DNA from: a bacterium
GTDB taxonomy: Bacteria; Hydrothermota; Tepidihabitantia; Tepidihabitantales; Tepidihabitantaceae
Length of the DNA stretch: 64,000 nucleotides
Assembly: GCA_035505375.1 (NCBI GenBank)
Contig: DATJQV010000081.1
Location: 151,423-215,422, forward strand
Direction of reading: 5' to 3'
In this document: positions 40,739 through 49,743 of the stretch, in pieces
Numbering within the stretch: position 1 is the stretch's first letter
Layout of the letters: every line of letters begins with the position of its first letter
Program-made: the position numbers and the translations under genes
Notes under the pieces: model-generated
Database searches by the model: none
The model's input: the letters and a program-made list of their open reading frames with translations, nothing else
What the model was told of the DNA's origin: nothing

Positions 40739-40784
40739 GCTGTCGAGAGAATACCCGGAATCAGACGACTATCAACCGGCTGAG

Positions 40785-41153
40785 CTACTTGTCCTTATCT
40801 CTGAACAACGCCGACATGATCATGGTGGCGATGCTGACGATGAGCGCGCCAAAGAACGCGGCCCAGAACCCGCGCACGTAGAAGCCGACGTGAAACCAGT
40901 GGACGGCGATGGACGACGACAACCACAGCGTCAGGGCATTGATGACGAGCGTGAACAAACCAAGCGTCAGAATGATGAGCCCGCAGGATAGCAACTTGAG
41001 GACCGGCCTGACGAGCGCGTTGACCAGACCCAGAATGACGGCCATCACCGCATAGATCCACCACGCGTTGGCCGCGACCTTGATGCCCGGCACGATCCAG
41101 GCGGCAAGGAACAAGGCAAGCGCCGCAATCAGCCATCGGATGAGAAGCTTCAC
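40785..41153 (-). CDS. DUF360 / phage-holin-family-4-like small membrane protein
   Basis: 122 aa with 3-4 TM helices and a YvlD/DUF360-like pattern. Confidence 0.55.
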   Translation of the reverse strand: MKLLIRWLIAALALFLAAWIVPGIKVAANAWWIYAVMAVILGLVNALVRPVLKLLSCGLIILTLGLFTLVINALTLWLSSSIAVHWFHVGFYVRGFWAAFFGALIVSIATMIMSALFRDKDK

Positions 41154-41616
41154 GGTTCCTCCCTTGGTAAGCGCCGGCCAGCGCGGTGGCTCAAGTCAGG
41201 CTGCCAGCCGCGCACGCTCGGCGCAAGTCATCTTGGATTGCCACAAGAATACCGACAATCCGCCGGCCATCAAGACGCAGCCACCAGCCTGAATCCGACA
41301 TAGAGACTCACCACAAAGGCACAAAGACACAAAGAGGGTGAGGACGGAAATCGGCTCTGTCTGCTTGGTGTTCTTGGTGTCTTGGTGGTTCAATATCGGG
41401 TTTGGGGCACAAGCTTATGAGAGGCTCGTCTTCGGGCGCAGGGCTAGGCCCCTGATTCCCTCGGACGCACGGAGCATTTGGAAGCCGGTTTTGAGGCAGC
41501 CCGAACCATCCCAGTTTCTTATAAGTCCCCAAGGATTCCGACCCGGAAATCTCCTAACTTATCTCTTTTCAATTCACTATTCACTCTTTCCGTTTCTCCC
41601 CTATCCCATCCCCCCG

Positions 41617-41908
41617 GCTATTCTGTAGGTTATTCTCCAGCTTACCCGGAGAGCAATTCCGAGGATTGCTCCGCAGGCAATCCGGTGAGGAATCCGGAGA
41701 GCTACCTGGTCTGCTCTTCGGTCAGTTGCTCGGCGGGCTATTCGGAGAGGAACTCGGCGAGCTATCCGGAAAGCTGCCGGGAGGGTAATTGGAAGAGCTC
41801 CTCCTCAGATTGCCCGGAGAATAGCCGGGCAAGTAACTCGGAAAGCAACCTCCCGAGCAACTGTGCGGACAATCCGGAGAACTACCGGGCGGGCTATTCG
41901 GAAAGTAG
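41617..41908. repeat. 12-nt (24-nt super-period) tandem array, a different motif family (xGCTATYCGGAR); possibly part of a tetra/octapeptide-repeat ORF (41478-41993, plus strand)
   Basis: About 24 units, for example ggctattcggag aggaactcggcg agctatccggaa agctgccgggag. Differences between units at positions 3, 6 and 12 are almost all transitions (c/t, a/g), as expected for synonymous third-codon sites in the plus frame. Confidence 0.7.
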
Positions 41909-42023
41909 CATGCCCAAACCTCAGCCCAGCAGCCTGGTCAGTTCCAGCCGACTACCTCGGTCAGAACGACCTTGCGGATGGCTTGCGGCTTGAGGCTTGG
42001 AGCTTGGGGCAGAGTGGCCTCGG

Positions 42024-42776
42024 CTACTTCTGTTGTTTGGGTGCGTTTGGCGTCGGGTTCACCTGTCCTGGACCATGGCGAGGTCTTGCCTCGGCAGGAT
42101 TGTACTCATCGATGTATCCCTTCGGGCCTCTTCTTTCAACAGTCCCGAACTGGCCCAGCCCGACGGGGAGGGAAAAGAACCACTCCTCCGTCTGTTGGCC
42201 GATCTGGACTCTCACACAGGCGTCGTAATCGTCGCCACTAATCACGTACTTGGCCCTCGTGGCTCCGAGAAAGGTGACCTCGGTGGAAGGACCTTGCTCG
42301 CCGTAGATTGCCGCGATGATGAAGGCCTCTGCCAGCTCGATGATGTTCTTGTTGGTTACGTTCATGCCGTTGTCTATGAGCAGCCGGTTGAAGCCATATG
42401 GCATCGAGTAGCCCTTCCCCTCATCAATTGCCATGAGATAGGGGTGCCGGGGGGGCGAAGTGAAGTCGTGGCCCAGGTAGAAGTGGGCCGCTGGAAAGAC
42501 GCGTGCCAGCGTCGGCTCGGAAACTTCGACGAATCCGAACGTGCCGGCCATGTACTCCGCATCATTCCTCCTGGCGGCCAAGAAGCTTGGCACCAGCTCC
42601 GGGAACTTCTGAAGGATGTCCATAGCCTCGCTCGTCGAGATGTGCCGCAGGGAAACTGCGGACTGCACCTCCTTCGCCGGCTTCCTTCCCGACCCTGCTG
42701 CCACAGAAATGGCAGCGACCACGAGCAGCCCGACAAGGGCCATTCTGACGCTTCTACTATGATGGGGCAGGCTCAT
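42024..42776 (-). CDS. Hypothetical secreted protein
   Basis: Signal peptide MSLPHHSRSVRMALVGLLVVAAISVAAG. Amino-acid composition is balanced. The overlapping plus-strand ORF 41997-42953 is Arg/His-rich, as antisense ORFs in this GC range usually are. Confidence 0.5.
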   Translation of the reverse strand: MSLPHHSRSVRMALVGLLVVAAISVAAGSGRKPAKEVQSAVSLRHISTSEAMDILQKFPELVPSFLAARRNDAEYMAGTFGFVEVSEPTLARVFPAAHFYLGHDFTSPPRHPYLMAIDEGKGYSMPYGFNRLLIDNGMNVTNKNIIELAEAFIIAAIYGEQGPSTEVTFLGATRAKYVISGDDYDACVRVQIGQQTEEWFFSLPVGLGQFGTVERRGPKGYIDEYNPAEARPRHGPGQVNPTPNAPKQQK

Positions 42777-42886
42777 CGGCTCTCCTGTCATCAGTCTATG
42801 ACAGTCACAGTCGCAGTCAAGCGAGCCACGCCGCGCGGCCGCCCAAGGCGGCCTTTGGGTGATGGCGGCGTGTGGTGTCGTGCCGA

Positions 42887-43729
42887 CTACTCGCGGCGAC
42901 CGAGCAGTCGTTTGAGCCAGGCAACGACACCGTCTGCGAATGGTTCAAAGTAGGCTGCGCCGGGATAGCGGTCGGCAGACGCGAGGTTCACGCTGACTGC
43001 TGCCGCTTGCGGTTCAAGCTCGGGACTGGCGTCGCGAGCCAGTGATGCCAGTATGTAGCGATCATCAGTTGCCGCTTTTGCCATGGACTCGTGCAGTCGG
43101 TTCAGCGCCAGGTACGTCGTTGTCCAGTTGATCCATTCTGTCCGGTCTCGGGCCTCGGCCACGGCAGCCGGTATCGCGTCCGGCACAAGCGAATATCCGC
43201 CGGGCGTACGTCGGACAATACCGGCGGTGCTCCATCGTTCAAGCACGTTGTAGACTCGCTTCTGGTCCACGTACAGCGCCCGCGCGATTGAGGACGAGTT
43301 GCCGCTCTTGTTGAACAGCAGATAGCCGAAGACGTCGGCACGAGCGTCCATGCCGAGCAGAGCCCGAAGTTGGAGCTGCAGCAGCACGGGCTGAGTGACG
43401 ACCGGCCTCACGACCCTGGTCCGGCTGCGAGCTAACGCGTCCGGCACCAGCGCCTCCGAGTCCATCTCGGTGTCGAACGCAGAACTGATGCGTCTCAGCC
43501 GTGGTGTGCTCACCCATTCTTGGTTCACCGCCAGCCACTCACCTGCCAGTCTCAGCAACCTTGCATCCGCCCGTCCAAGCCGTGAGACCGAAACAGCCAA
43601 GGCCTCAAGGTCCACCACCCAATGGCTCTCGGGCTCAACCTGTCCGGCGACGCCCAGCGCGCACCACTGCCGCCAGTGCAGTTCCAGCATCAGCTCGCGG
43701 AGTTCGGCTCTAAATCTCTTCGGCGACAT
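42887..43729 (-). CDS. Hypothetical protein with a possible winged-helix segment
   Basis: 280 aa. IARALYVDQKRVYNVLERWSTAGIV resembles a MarR/wHTH recognition helix. No secure family. Confidence 0.35.
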   Translation of the reverse strand: MSPKRFRAELRELMLELHWRQWCALGVAGQVEPESHWVVDLEALAVSVSRLGRADARLLRLAGEWLAVNQEWVSTPRLRRISSAFDTEMDSEALVPDALARSRTRVVRPVVTQPVLLQLQLRALLGMDARADVFGYLLFNKSGNSSSIARALYVDQKRVYNVLERWSTAGIVRRTPGGYSLVPDAIPAAVAEARDRTEWINWTTTYLALNRLHESMAKAATDDRYILASLARDASPELEPQAAAVSVNLASADRYPGAAYFEPFADGVVAWLKRLLGRRE

Positions 43730-43937
43730 AAGGGGCGGTCTTCAGTGTCGAATCTCATCTGCTAGTAGTTTAACTACTAATAGCTAGTCTGTAAAAGACT
43801 GCGTTCGGTTCCCAGTCTCACTGTGAATTGCAGAGCACACGGAGATGACTCGGTCAGGGATGACACCGGCTTTCACTCGACTCTGTGTCCGCGTCCTCCG
43901 TGGTGAATTCCGCCCGCTTCCCGAGTCCCTTCGTCTG

Positions 43938-43966
43938 TTTGACTTCGCCTCTGACACGGATATAGT
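43938..43966 (+). promoter_or_regulatory. Putative lysS promoter
   Basis: TTGACT, a 17-nt spacer, then TATAGT, ending about 9 nt before the lysS ATG. Confidence 0.4.
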
Positions 43967-43974
43967 CTTGCCCG

Positions 43975-45546
43975 ATGAGCGACAACCCTAGTCAAGCCGA
44001 CAGCCGACAGCCGACGACTGACGGCCCAATCCAGACCAGCGGTCATGACCGCGAAATCAGGCTGGCCAAACTCGCCAAGCTGCGCGAGGCCGGAGTCAAT
44101 CCGTATGCCTACAAGTGGGACCGGACCCACACGAACGCGAAGGCGATTGCAGAATTCGAGAGAGTCCAGAGTTCAGAGCCTTCGGGTGCCGGCTTGGGAC
44201 ACGATCCCAATTCCCCGAGCGGAATTGGGTCATGTCCCGCGCTTGAGGTTCGCGTCGCCGGACGGTTGATGTCGCGGCGGGAGCACGGCAAGACCCAGTT
44301 CGCCCACATTCAGGACGAGACCGGTAAGCTCCAGCTATACCTGCGCAAGGATACGCTGGGCGAGCAGGCGTTCGCGAACCTGAGCCTGCTCGACCTCGGG
44401 GACTTCGTGGGAGCACGGGGCGAGATGTTCCGCACCAAGACCGGCGAGGTCACGGTCAACGTGAAGGAACTTGTGCTGCTCACTAAGTCCCTCCACCCGT
44501 TGCCGGAGAAGTTCCACGGCCTGACCGACGTGGAGATGCGCTATCGGCAACGCTACGTTGACCTGATTGTCAATCAGGAGTCGCGACAGGTTCTGCTGAA
44601 TCGGATTAGGGTGACCGGTCTAGTGCGTCGGTTCCTTTCCGAGCGCGGGTTTGACGAGGTAGAGACGCCGATTCTGCAGCCGATATATGGCGGGGCCGCG
44701 GCTCAGCCGTTCGAGACGTTCTACAACGTACTCGAACAGAAGATGTTCATGCGGATTTCCGACGAGCTGTACCTGAAGCGGCTGATTGTCGGCGGGCTGG
44801 AAAAGGTCTTCGAAATCGGCAAGGACTTCCGCAATGAGGGTCTGGACCGGACGCACAATCCCGAGTTCACGCAGATGGAGCTCTACTGGGCCTATGCCGA
44901 CTACAATGACGTGCTGGCCCTGGTCGAGGAGCTGTTCAAGTTCCTCGCCACCGAGGCCTGCGGCAAGACTGAGATTCCGTTCGGCGACCATATTGTGGAC
45001 TTGGGGCGGCCATGGCAGCGGATGAAGTTCGTGGATACGCTGGCAGCGCGGATTGAGGCGGACCCGATGAAGCTCTCGATGCCGATGCTCAAGAAGGTCG
45101 CGGCGCGGTTCAACGTCCAGACCACCGAGGACATTTCGCGCGCCAAGCTGCTGGACAAGCTCTTCAGCGAGTTGATCCAGGACCACATCATTGACCCGAC
45201 GTTCGTGATGGACCATCCGAAGGTGACGACGCCGCTGGCCAAGAGCCACCGCGATAACCCGGAGTTGGTTGAGCGGTTCGAGCCGGTGGTGTGCGGCATG
45301 GAACTGGGCAATGCGTTCTCCGAGCTGAATGACCCGGCCGAGCAGCGGCAGCGGTTTGAGGAAGGCGTGGCTCTGAACGAGGAGTTCGCGACGGTTGACG
45401 AGGACTATTGCACAGCGCTCGAGTTCGGCATGCCGCCGACCGGCGGGCTCGGGCTGGGCATCGACCGTATCGCCATGCTGCTCACGAACTCGCAGACCAT
45501 ACGGGACGTCATACTATTCCCTCAACTTCGCCCGCAGAAAGAGTGA
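43975..45546 (+). CDS. lysS: Lysine--tRNA ligase (class II)
   Basis: 523 aa. An OB anticodon-binding domain and the class II motifs (FRNEG, GGLGLGIDR). The N-terminal Asp-rich extension is typical. Confidence 0.9.
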   Translation: MSDNPSQADSRQPTTDGPIQTSGHDREIRLAKLAKLREAGVNPYAYKWDRTHTNAKAIAEFERVQSSEPSGAGLGHDPNSPSGIGSCPALEVRVAGRLMSRREHGKTQFAHIQDETGKLQLYLRKDTLGEQAFANLSLLDLGDFVGARGEMFRTKTGEVTVNVKELVLLTKSLHPLPEKFHGLTDVEMRYRQRYVDLIVNQESRQVLLNRIRVTGLVRRFLSERGFDEVETPILQPIYGGAAAQPFETFYNVLEQKMFMRISDELYLKRLIVGGLEKVFEIGKDFRNEGLDRTHNPEFTQMELYWAYADYNDVLALVEELFKFLATEACGKTEIPFGDHIVDLGRPWQRMKFVDTLAARIEADPMKLSMPMLKKVAARFNVQTTEDISRAKLLDKLFSELIQDHIIDPTFVMDHPKVTTPLAKSHRDNPELVERFEPVVCGMELGNAFSELNDPAEQRQRFEEGVALNEEFATVDEDYCTALEFGMPPTGGLGLGIDRIAMLLTNSQTIRDVILFPQLRPQKE

Positions 45547-45615
45547 CAGGGGATTCGGATAATCCAGAATCCAGAGTCCAGAGCTCAGAATCCAGAATCG
45601 ACGGACGGGACGAGG

Positions 45616-45975
45616 ATGAGGGACTTCCGATCGGACCTGAGCGAACGGCTGCTAGACTTCGCGGTCAGCGTCGTTGCGCTCGCCCCGCGTCTGCAGCGCT
45701 CGGCAACCGGTCGTTTCATGGTGGGGCAACTGGTGCGTTCTGCTTCCTCAGCAGGTGCGAACTTCCATGAAGCTTGTGGTGCCGAAAGCAGAGCCGACTT
45801 CGCACATAAGATGCAGGTGGTCCTCAAGGAATTGCGCGAGACCGAGTACTGGTTGAAGCTGGTCACGCGGGCAAAACTGCTTCCGACCGATCTGCTGTCG
45901 GAACCATTGGCTGAGGCGGACGAGTTGATCAGAATCGTGGTGAAGTCCGTTGTCACTGCCAAGTCGAGACCCTGA
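45616..45975 (+). CDS. Four-helix-bundle protein (PF05635 family), copy 2
   Basis: FAVSVVALAPRL...VRSASSAGANFHEACGAESRADFAHKMQVVLKELRETEYWL. Confidence 0.7.
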   Translation: MRDFRSDLSERLLDFAVSVVALAPRLQRSATGRFMVGQLVRSASSAGANFHEACGAESRADFAHKMQVVLKELRETEYWLKLVTRAKLLPTDLLSEPLAEADELIRIVVKSVVTAKSRP

Positions 45976-46041
45976 TGTCGGGTTTGTCAATTCTGGGTTC
46001 TAGTCTCTGGATTCTGAATTCTGGACTATCCGGAGTCCGCC

Positions 46042-47259
46042 ATGCGCTTTGAATTGTTCATGGCAAGACGCTACCTGCGCGGACGGGGTCGGCGCCTCAT
46101 CTCCGGAATAACCGCGATTGCCATCGGCGGAGTGTTCGTCGGCGTTGCGGCTATCATCATCGTGCTCTCAGTCGAGAATGGATTCCACCAGGAACTTACC
46201 AACCGGATTCTCGGTGCTACGCCGCACGTAACCGTAGCCAAGTATTCGTATGAGCCGATTCCCACCTGGATCGGCGATTCGTTGCAGCGTGAGATTGCCC
46301 GGGTGCCGGACGTTGTTTCGGTCGCACCGTTCATCTACGCGAAGACACTGGTCCGCTCAGAAAACGGAGTCGAGGGAGTTGTGATTCGCGGCGTCGATCC
46401 GAAGCACGAGAAGGAGATTACCGGCATATCGGGGAATATCGTGCAGGGACACTTCGCCTTCGACTCCAGCGGCGTGGTCATCGGCGTCGAACTGGCGCGT
46501 GAGCTCGGACTCTCGATCGGCGACAGCCTGAATCTCGCCTCACCGTTCGGCGGAACAATGACTGCCTTCGGTTTCATCCCTCGCACGCGGTACTTCCGGG
46601 TGAACGGTATCTTCGACTCCGGGATGTACGAGTATAACTCGAGCTTCGTATTCCTGTCGCTTGGGGCAATCCAGCGATTCCTGGACATGGAGAACATGGT
46701 CACTGGTTTCGAGGTCCAGGTGAAGGACGTCTACGCCGCCGACCGCACGGCGCACATCATCACGCGGCAGCTCGGCTATCCGTACCGCGCCTCGGACTGG
46801 ATCCTCCAGAACCGCAATCTCTTTTCCGCCTTGCGGCTGGAGAAGGTCGTGACCTTCATCGTGCTGGTGCTGATTGTGCTGGTTGCCGCCTTCAACATCA
46901 TCGGCATGCTGATGATGATGGTTATCCGCAAGACCCGCGAGATCGGCATCCTGAAGGCGATGGGCGCCAGGCCCGCCACGGTGACACGCATCTTCGTTTG
47001 GGCCGGCGGGTTAATCGGAGTCATCGGCACCGTGACCGGCGCGGGCTTCGGCCTGCTCGCCTGCTGGCTGCTGAACAAGTACCGGTTCGTATCGCTGCCC
47101 GGCGACGTCTATTTCATCAAGAATCTGCCGGTGCAGGTGCTGGCGCAGGACTTCGTCGTTGTCTGCATCGCGGCCATCGTCATCACGTTCGCGGCCACGG
47201 TCTACCCGGCTTTGAAGGCGGCGAGGCTCGTGCCGCTGGAAGCAATCAGATATGAGTGA
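46042..47259 (+). CDS. lolE: Lipoprotein-release ABC transporter permease (LolC/LolE, FtsX/MacB-like)
   Basis: 405 aa. N-terminal TM, a large periplasmic domain and a C-terminal three-TM FtsX domain. Confidence 0.8.
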   Translation: MRFELFMARRYLRGRGRRLISGITAIAIGGVFVGVAAIIIVLSVENGFHQELTNRILGATPHVTVAKYSYEPIPTWIGDSLQREIARVPDVVSVAPFIYAKTLVRSENGVEGVVIRGVDPKHEKEITGISGNIVQGHFAFDSSGVVIGVELARELGLSIGDSLNLASPFGGTMTAFGFIPRTRYFRVNGIFDSGMYEYNSSFVFLSLGAIQRFLDMENMVTGFEVQVKDVYAADRTAHIITRQLGYPYRASDWILQNRNLFSALRLEKVVTFIVLVLIVLVAAFNIIGMLMMMVIRKTREIGILKAMGARPATVTRIFVWAGGLIGVIGTVTGAGFGLLACWLLNKYRFVSLPGDVYFIKNLPVQVLAQDFVVVCIAAIVITFAATVYPALKAARLVPLEAIRYE

Positions 47260-48013
47260 AGCGACCAGGGATGAGGGACTAGGGGCTAGGGGTCAGGTTT
47301 CGGACCCTGACCCCCAACCCCTGACCCCTGACCCCTCGGTCGTGCTCCGCGCGACCGACGTATGGCGCGTGTTCGAGACCGGGGCTGAGCGTCTGGAAAT
47401 CCTCCGCGGCGTGAACCTGGAGGTCAGCCGAGGCGAGCTGGTGGCGATTCTCGGCCCTTCGGGAACCGGCAAATCTACCCTCCTGCACGTGCTCGGAGCG
47501 CTGGATCGCCCCACAAGAGGCCGAGTGTTCCTTGATTCAGCTGACGTTTTCAGCTACCCTGAGTCCAAGCTCCACGAACTGAGAAATCGGAAGCTCGGGT
47601 TCGTGTTCCAGTTTCACCACTTGCTGTCCGAGTTCACGGTTCTGGAGAACGTGGCAATGCCGCTGCTTGTTGCGGGCGTGGCTCGGCCCGAGGCGATGGA
47701 CCGTGCGCACCGCGTGCTCGAGGACGTCGGATTCCTGACCCGGCTCACCCACCGGCCGTCCGAGCTATCGGGCGGAGAAAAGGCGCGGGCGGCAGTGGGA
47801 CGCGCGCTGGTGAATAACCCGGCGGTGATTCTCGCCGACGAGCCGACCGGCAACCTCGACACGACCTCGGCGGCGGCGCTGGTTGACCTGATGGTGCGAC
47901 TGAGCAGCGAAAGGAAAATGACGATTCTGGTAGTGACTCACAATCAGTCCGTCGCCGACCGAGCGACACGCCGGCTCCATCTAGCCGAAGGAAGACTCAC
48001 GGAGGAGAGGTGA
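47252..48013 (+). CDS. lolD: Lipoprotein-release ABC transporter ATP-binding protein LolD
   Basis: Walker A GPSGTGKST, LSGGE signature and ILADEPTGNLD. ATGA overlap with lolE. The first 30 codons run through a GGGGYTA/GGGGTCA heptamer element. An alternative GTG start lies at 47342. Confidence 0.8.
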   Translation: MSEATRDEGLGARGQVSDPDPQPLTPDPSVVLRATDVWRVFETGAERLEILRGVNLEVSRGELVAILGPSGTGKSTLLHVLGALDRPTRGRVFLDSADVFSYPESKLHELRNRKLGFVFQFHHLLSEFTVLENVAMPLLVAGVARPEAMDRAHRVLEDVGFLTRLTHRPSELSGGEKARAAVGRALVNNPAVILADEPTGNLDTTSAAALVDLMVRLSSERKMTILVVTHNQSVADRATRRLHLAEGRLTEER

Positions 48014-48116
48014 CAAAGCAGAAATCAGGATTCAGATACCAGAATGCAGAACTGCCGGACTTTCTGACTTCTGGTCTCTGTTCTCTGAATTCTGAATTAT
48101 CCGGAGTGTCCGGGCT

Positions 48117-48605
48117 ATGAAACTCTGTGACCTTTGCGGCAAGGGCGAGGCGACGATGAAGGTGAGCCAGCTCGACAAGAACGGCAAGGTCACCGAGGTC
48201 TCGGTTTGCGCCGAGTGCGCGCGCCAGCGGGGGTTCGCCGAGGTCGAGCAGCTCAAGGCGGGCGCGGCGGAGATAATCGCCGAGTTGAAGACGCGCGTCG
48301 ACGAGGCCGATGCGAAACTGGTCTGCCCGAGCTGCGGCCTGACGTATGCGGAATTCAAGCGACAGGGCCGGCTGGGCTGTGCCGATTGCTACGTTTCCTT
48401 CCACGACCAACTATTGCCGGTGATACGCCGAATCCACGACGCGGTTCAACACGTGGGCCGGACCGCGAGCGGCGGCCGCAAACATGCGCAGGTCCAGATG
48501 AACATCCAGAAGCTGCGCCAGGCCCTGTCCGGTGCAATCCAGGACGAGGACTACGAGAAAGCCGCCGCCCTGCGCGACCAGCTCAAGCACGCGGAAGCAG
48601 AATGA
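48117..48605 (+). CDS. mcsA: McsA-like activator (Zn-finger plus UVR domain)
   Basis: CDLC...CAEC and CPSC...CADC zinc-ribbon pairs. A C-terminal UvrB/UvrC motif (YEKAAALRDQLK). Confidence 0.7.
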   Translation: MKLCDLCGKGEATMKVSQLDKNGKVTEVSVCAECARQRGFAEVEQLKAGAAEIIAELKTRVDEADAKLVCPSCGLTYAEFKRQGRLGCADCYVSFHDQLLPVIRRIHDAVQHVGRTASGGRKHAQVQMNIQKLRQALSGAIQDEDYEKAAALRDQLKHAEAE

Positions 48606-48699
48606 GTGCCAGAGGAATCAGAGATTCAAGGATTCAAGGGGGCCAATGCGGTGTCACTCGAATCCTGGAATCCTCGACCCCTGGATTCCTTCAGTTCCC

Positions 48700-49743
48700 A
48701 TGAACTCCACCGGCACTGTTGGCAAGTGGCTTGCGGCCGCCGGGCCGGAGAGCGATGTCGTGCTCTCGACCCGCGTTCGGCTGGCCCGAAACCTTGCCGA
48801 GGTGCCGTTCACTCACCGGTCAAAAGCGGACGCCCAGGAGCGAACCGTTGAGGCCGTTCGCCTGGCGCTCACCGATTCCGGCTACATAGCCGCCGGCGAG
48901 TTCATCGACAACGAGCGGCTTTCCGAACAGTACGGCCAATACCTGGTCGAGCGGCACCTGGCGTCGCCCGACTTCACTGCATCCAAAGCCAAGCGCGGGC
49001 TGTACTTCAGCGAAGATGAAGCTACGAGCCTCATGGTCAACGAAGAGGACCATCTCCGATTCCAGGTTCTGGCCTCGGGCCTTGATTTCCCGGAGGCGTT
49101 CACTGCGGCAGCAACGCTCGACGAGAAGCTGGAAGGACAACTTCAGTACGCGTTCTCGCCCGAGTTCGGATTCCTGACCGCGTGTCCGACCAATCTCGGA
49201 ACCGGTATGCGGGCCTCGGTTCTCGTGCACCTGCCCGCGCTCGTCATCACCCGCGAAATTGAGAAGGTGCTGCGCGGGGCGTTGCAGATCGGCCTCGCGG
49301 TGCGCGGCCTGTACGGCGAGGGCACCGAAACCAAAGGGAACTTCTTCCAGATTTCCAACCAGAAGACGGTCGGCCAGACCGAGTGGGAAATCATCGAGAC
49401 GATTGCCGACATCAGCCGGCAGATAATCCAGTACGAACGGAAGGCCCGTGGGTACCTTATGAACAAGCTCCGGGTCGAGATCGAGGACAAGGTCTTCCGT
49501 TCGCTCGGGCTGCTACGGGGGGCGCGCATCCTCACATCGGACGAGGCTATCAACCTGATTGCGAACCTCAGACTCGGGATCGCGCTCGGCATCGTAAACG
49601 AACTTAACCTGGAGCAGGTCACGCGGCTCATGGTGCTCGTCCGGCCCGCGAACCTGCAGGCAATGCTGGGCGAGAACCTGACCGCGTCGGAGCGCGACGA
49701 ACGGCGCGCCACCTTCGTCAGAGAGACGCTGGTGCATCAGTGA
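48700..49743 (+). CDS. mcsB: Protein-arginine kinase McsB (ATP:guanido phosphotransferase)
   Basis: Phosphagen-kinase C-terminal domain motifs (CPTNLGTGMRASV). The start is taken at MNSTG. Confidence 0.85.
   Translation: MNSTGTVGKWLAAAGPESDVVLSTRVRLARNLAEVPFTHRSKADAQERTVEAVRLALTDSGYIAAGEFIDNERLSEQYGQYLVERHLASPDFTASKAKRGLYFSEDEATSLMVNEEDHLRFQVLASGLDFPEAFTAAATLDEKLEGQLQYAFSPEFGFLTACPTNLGTGMRASVLVHLPALVITREIEKVLRGALQIGLAVRGLYGEGTETKGNFFQISNQKTVGQTEWEIIETIADISRQIIQYERKARGYLMNKLRVEIEDKVFRSLGLLRGARILTSDEAINLIANLRLGIALGIVNELNLEQVTRLMVLVRPANLQAMLGENLTASERDERRATFVRETLVHQ

Noticed and set aside
41997-42953. 318-aa plus-strand ORF overlapping 42024-42776
   Set aside because: Arg/His/Cys-rich composition with no recognisable domain. 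The opposite-strand ORF has a signal peptide and a balanced composition, so the minus-strand gene was preferred.
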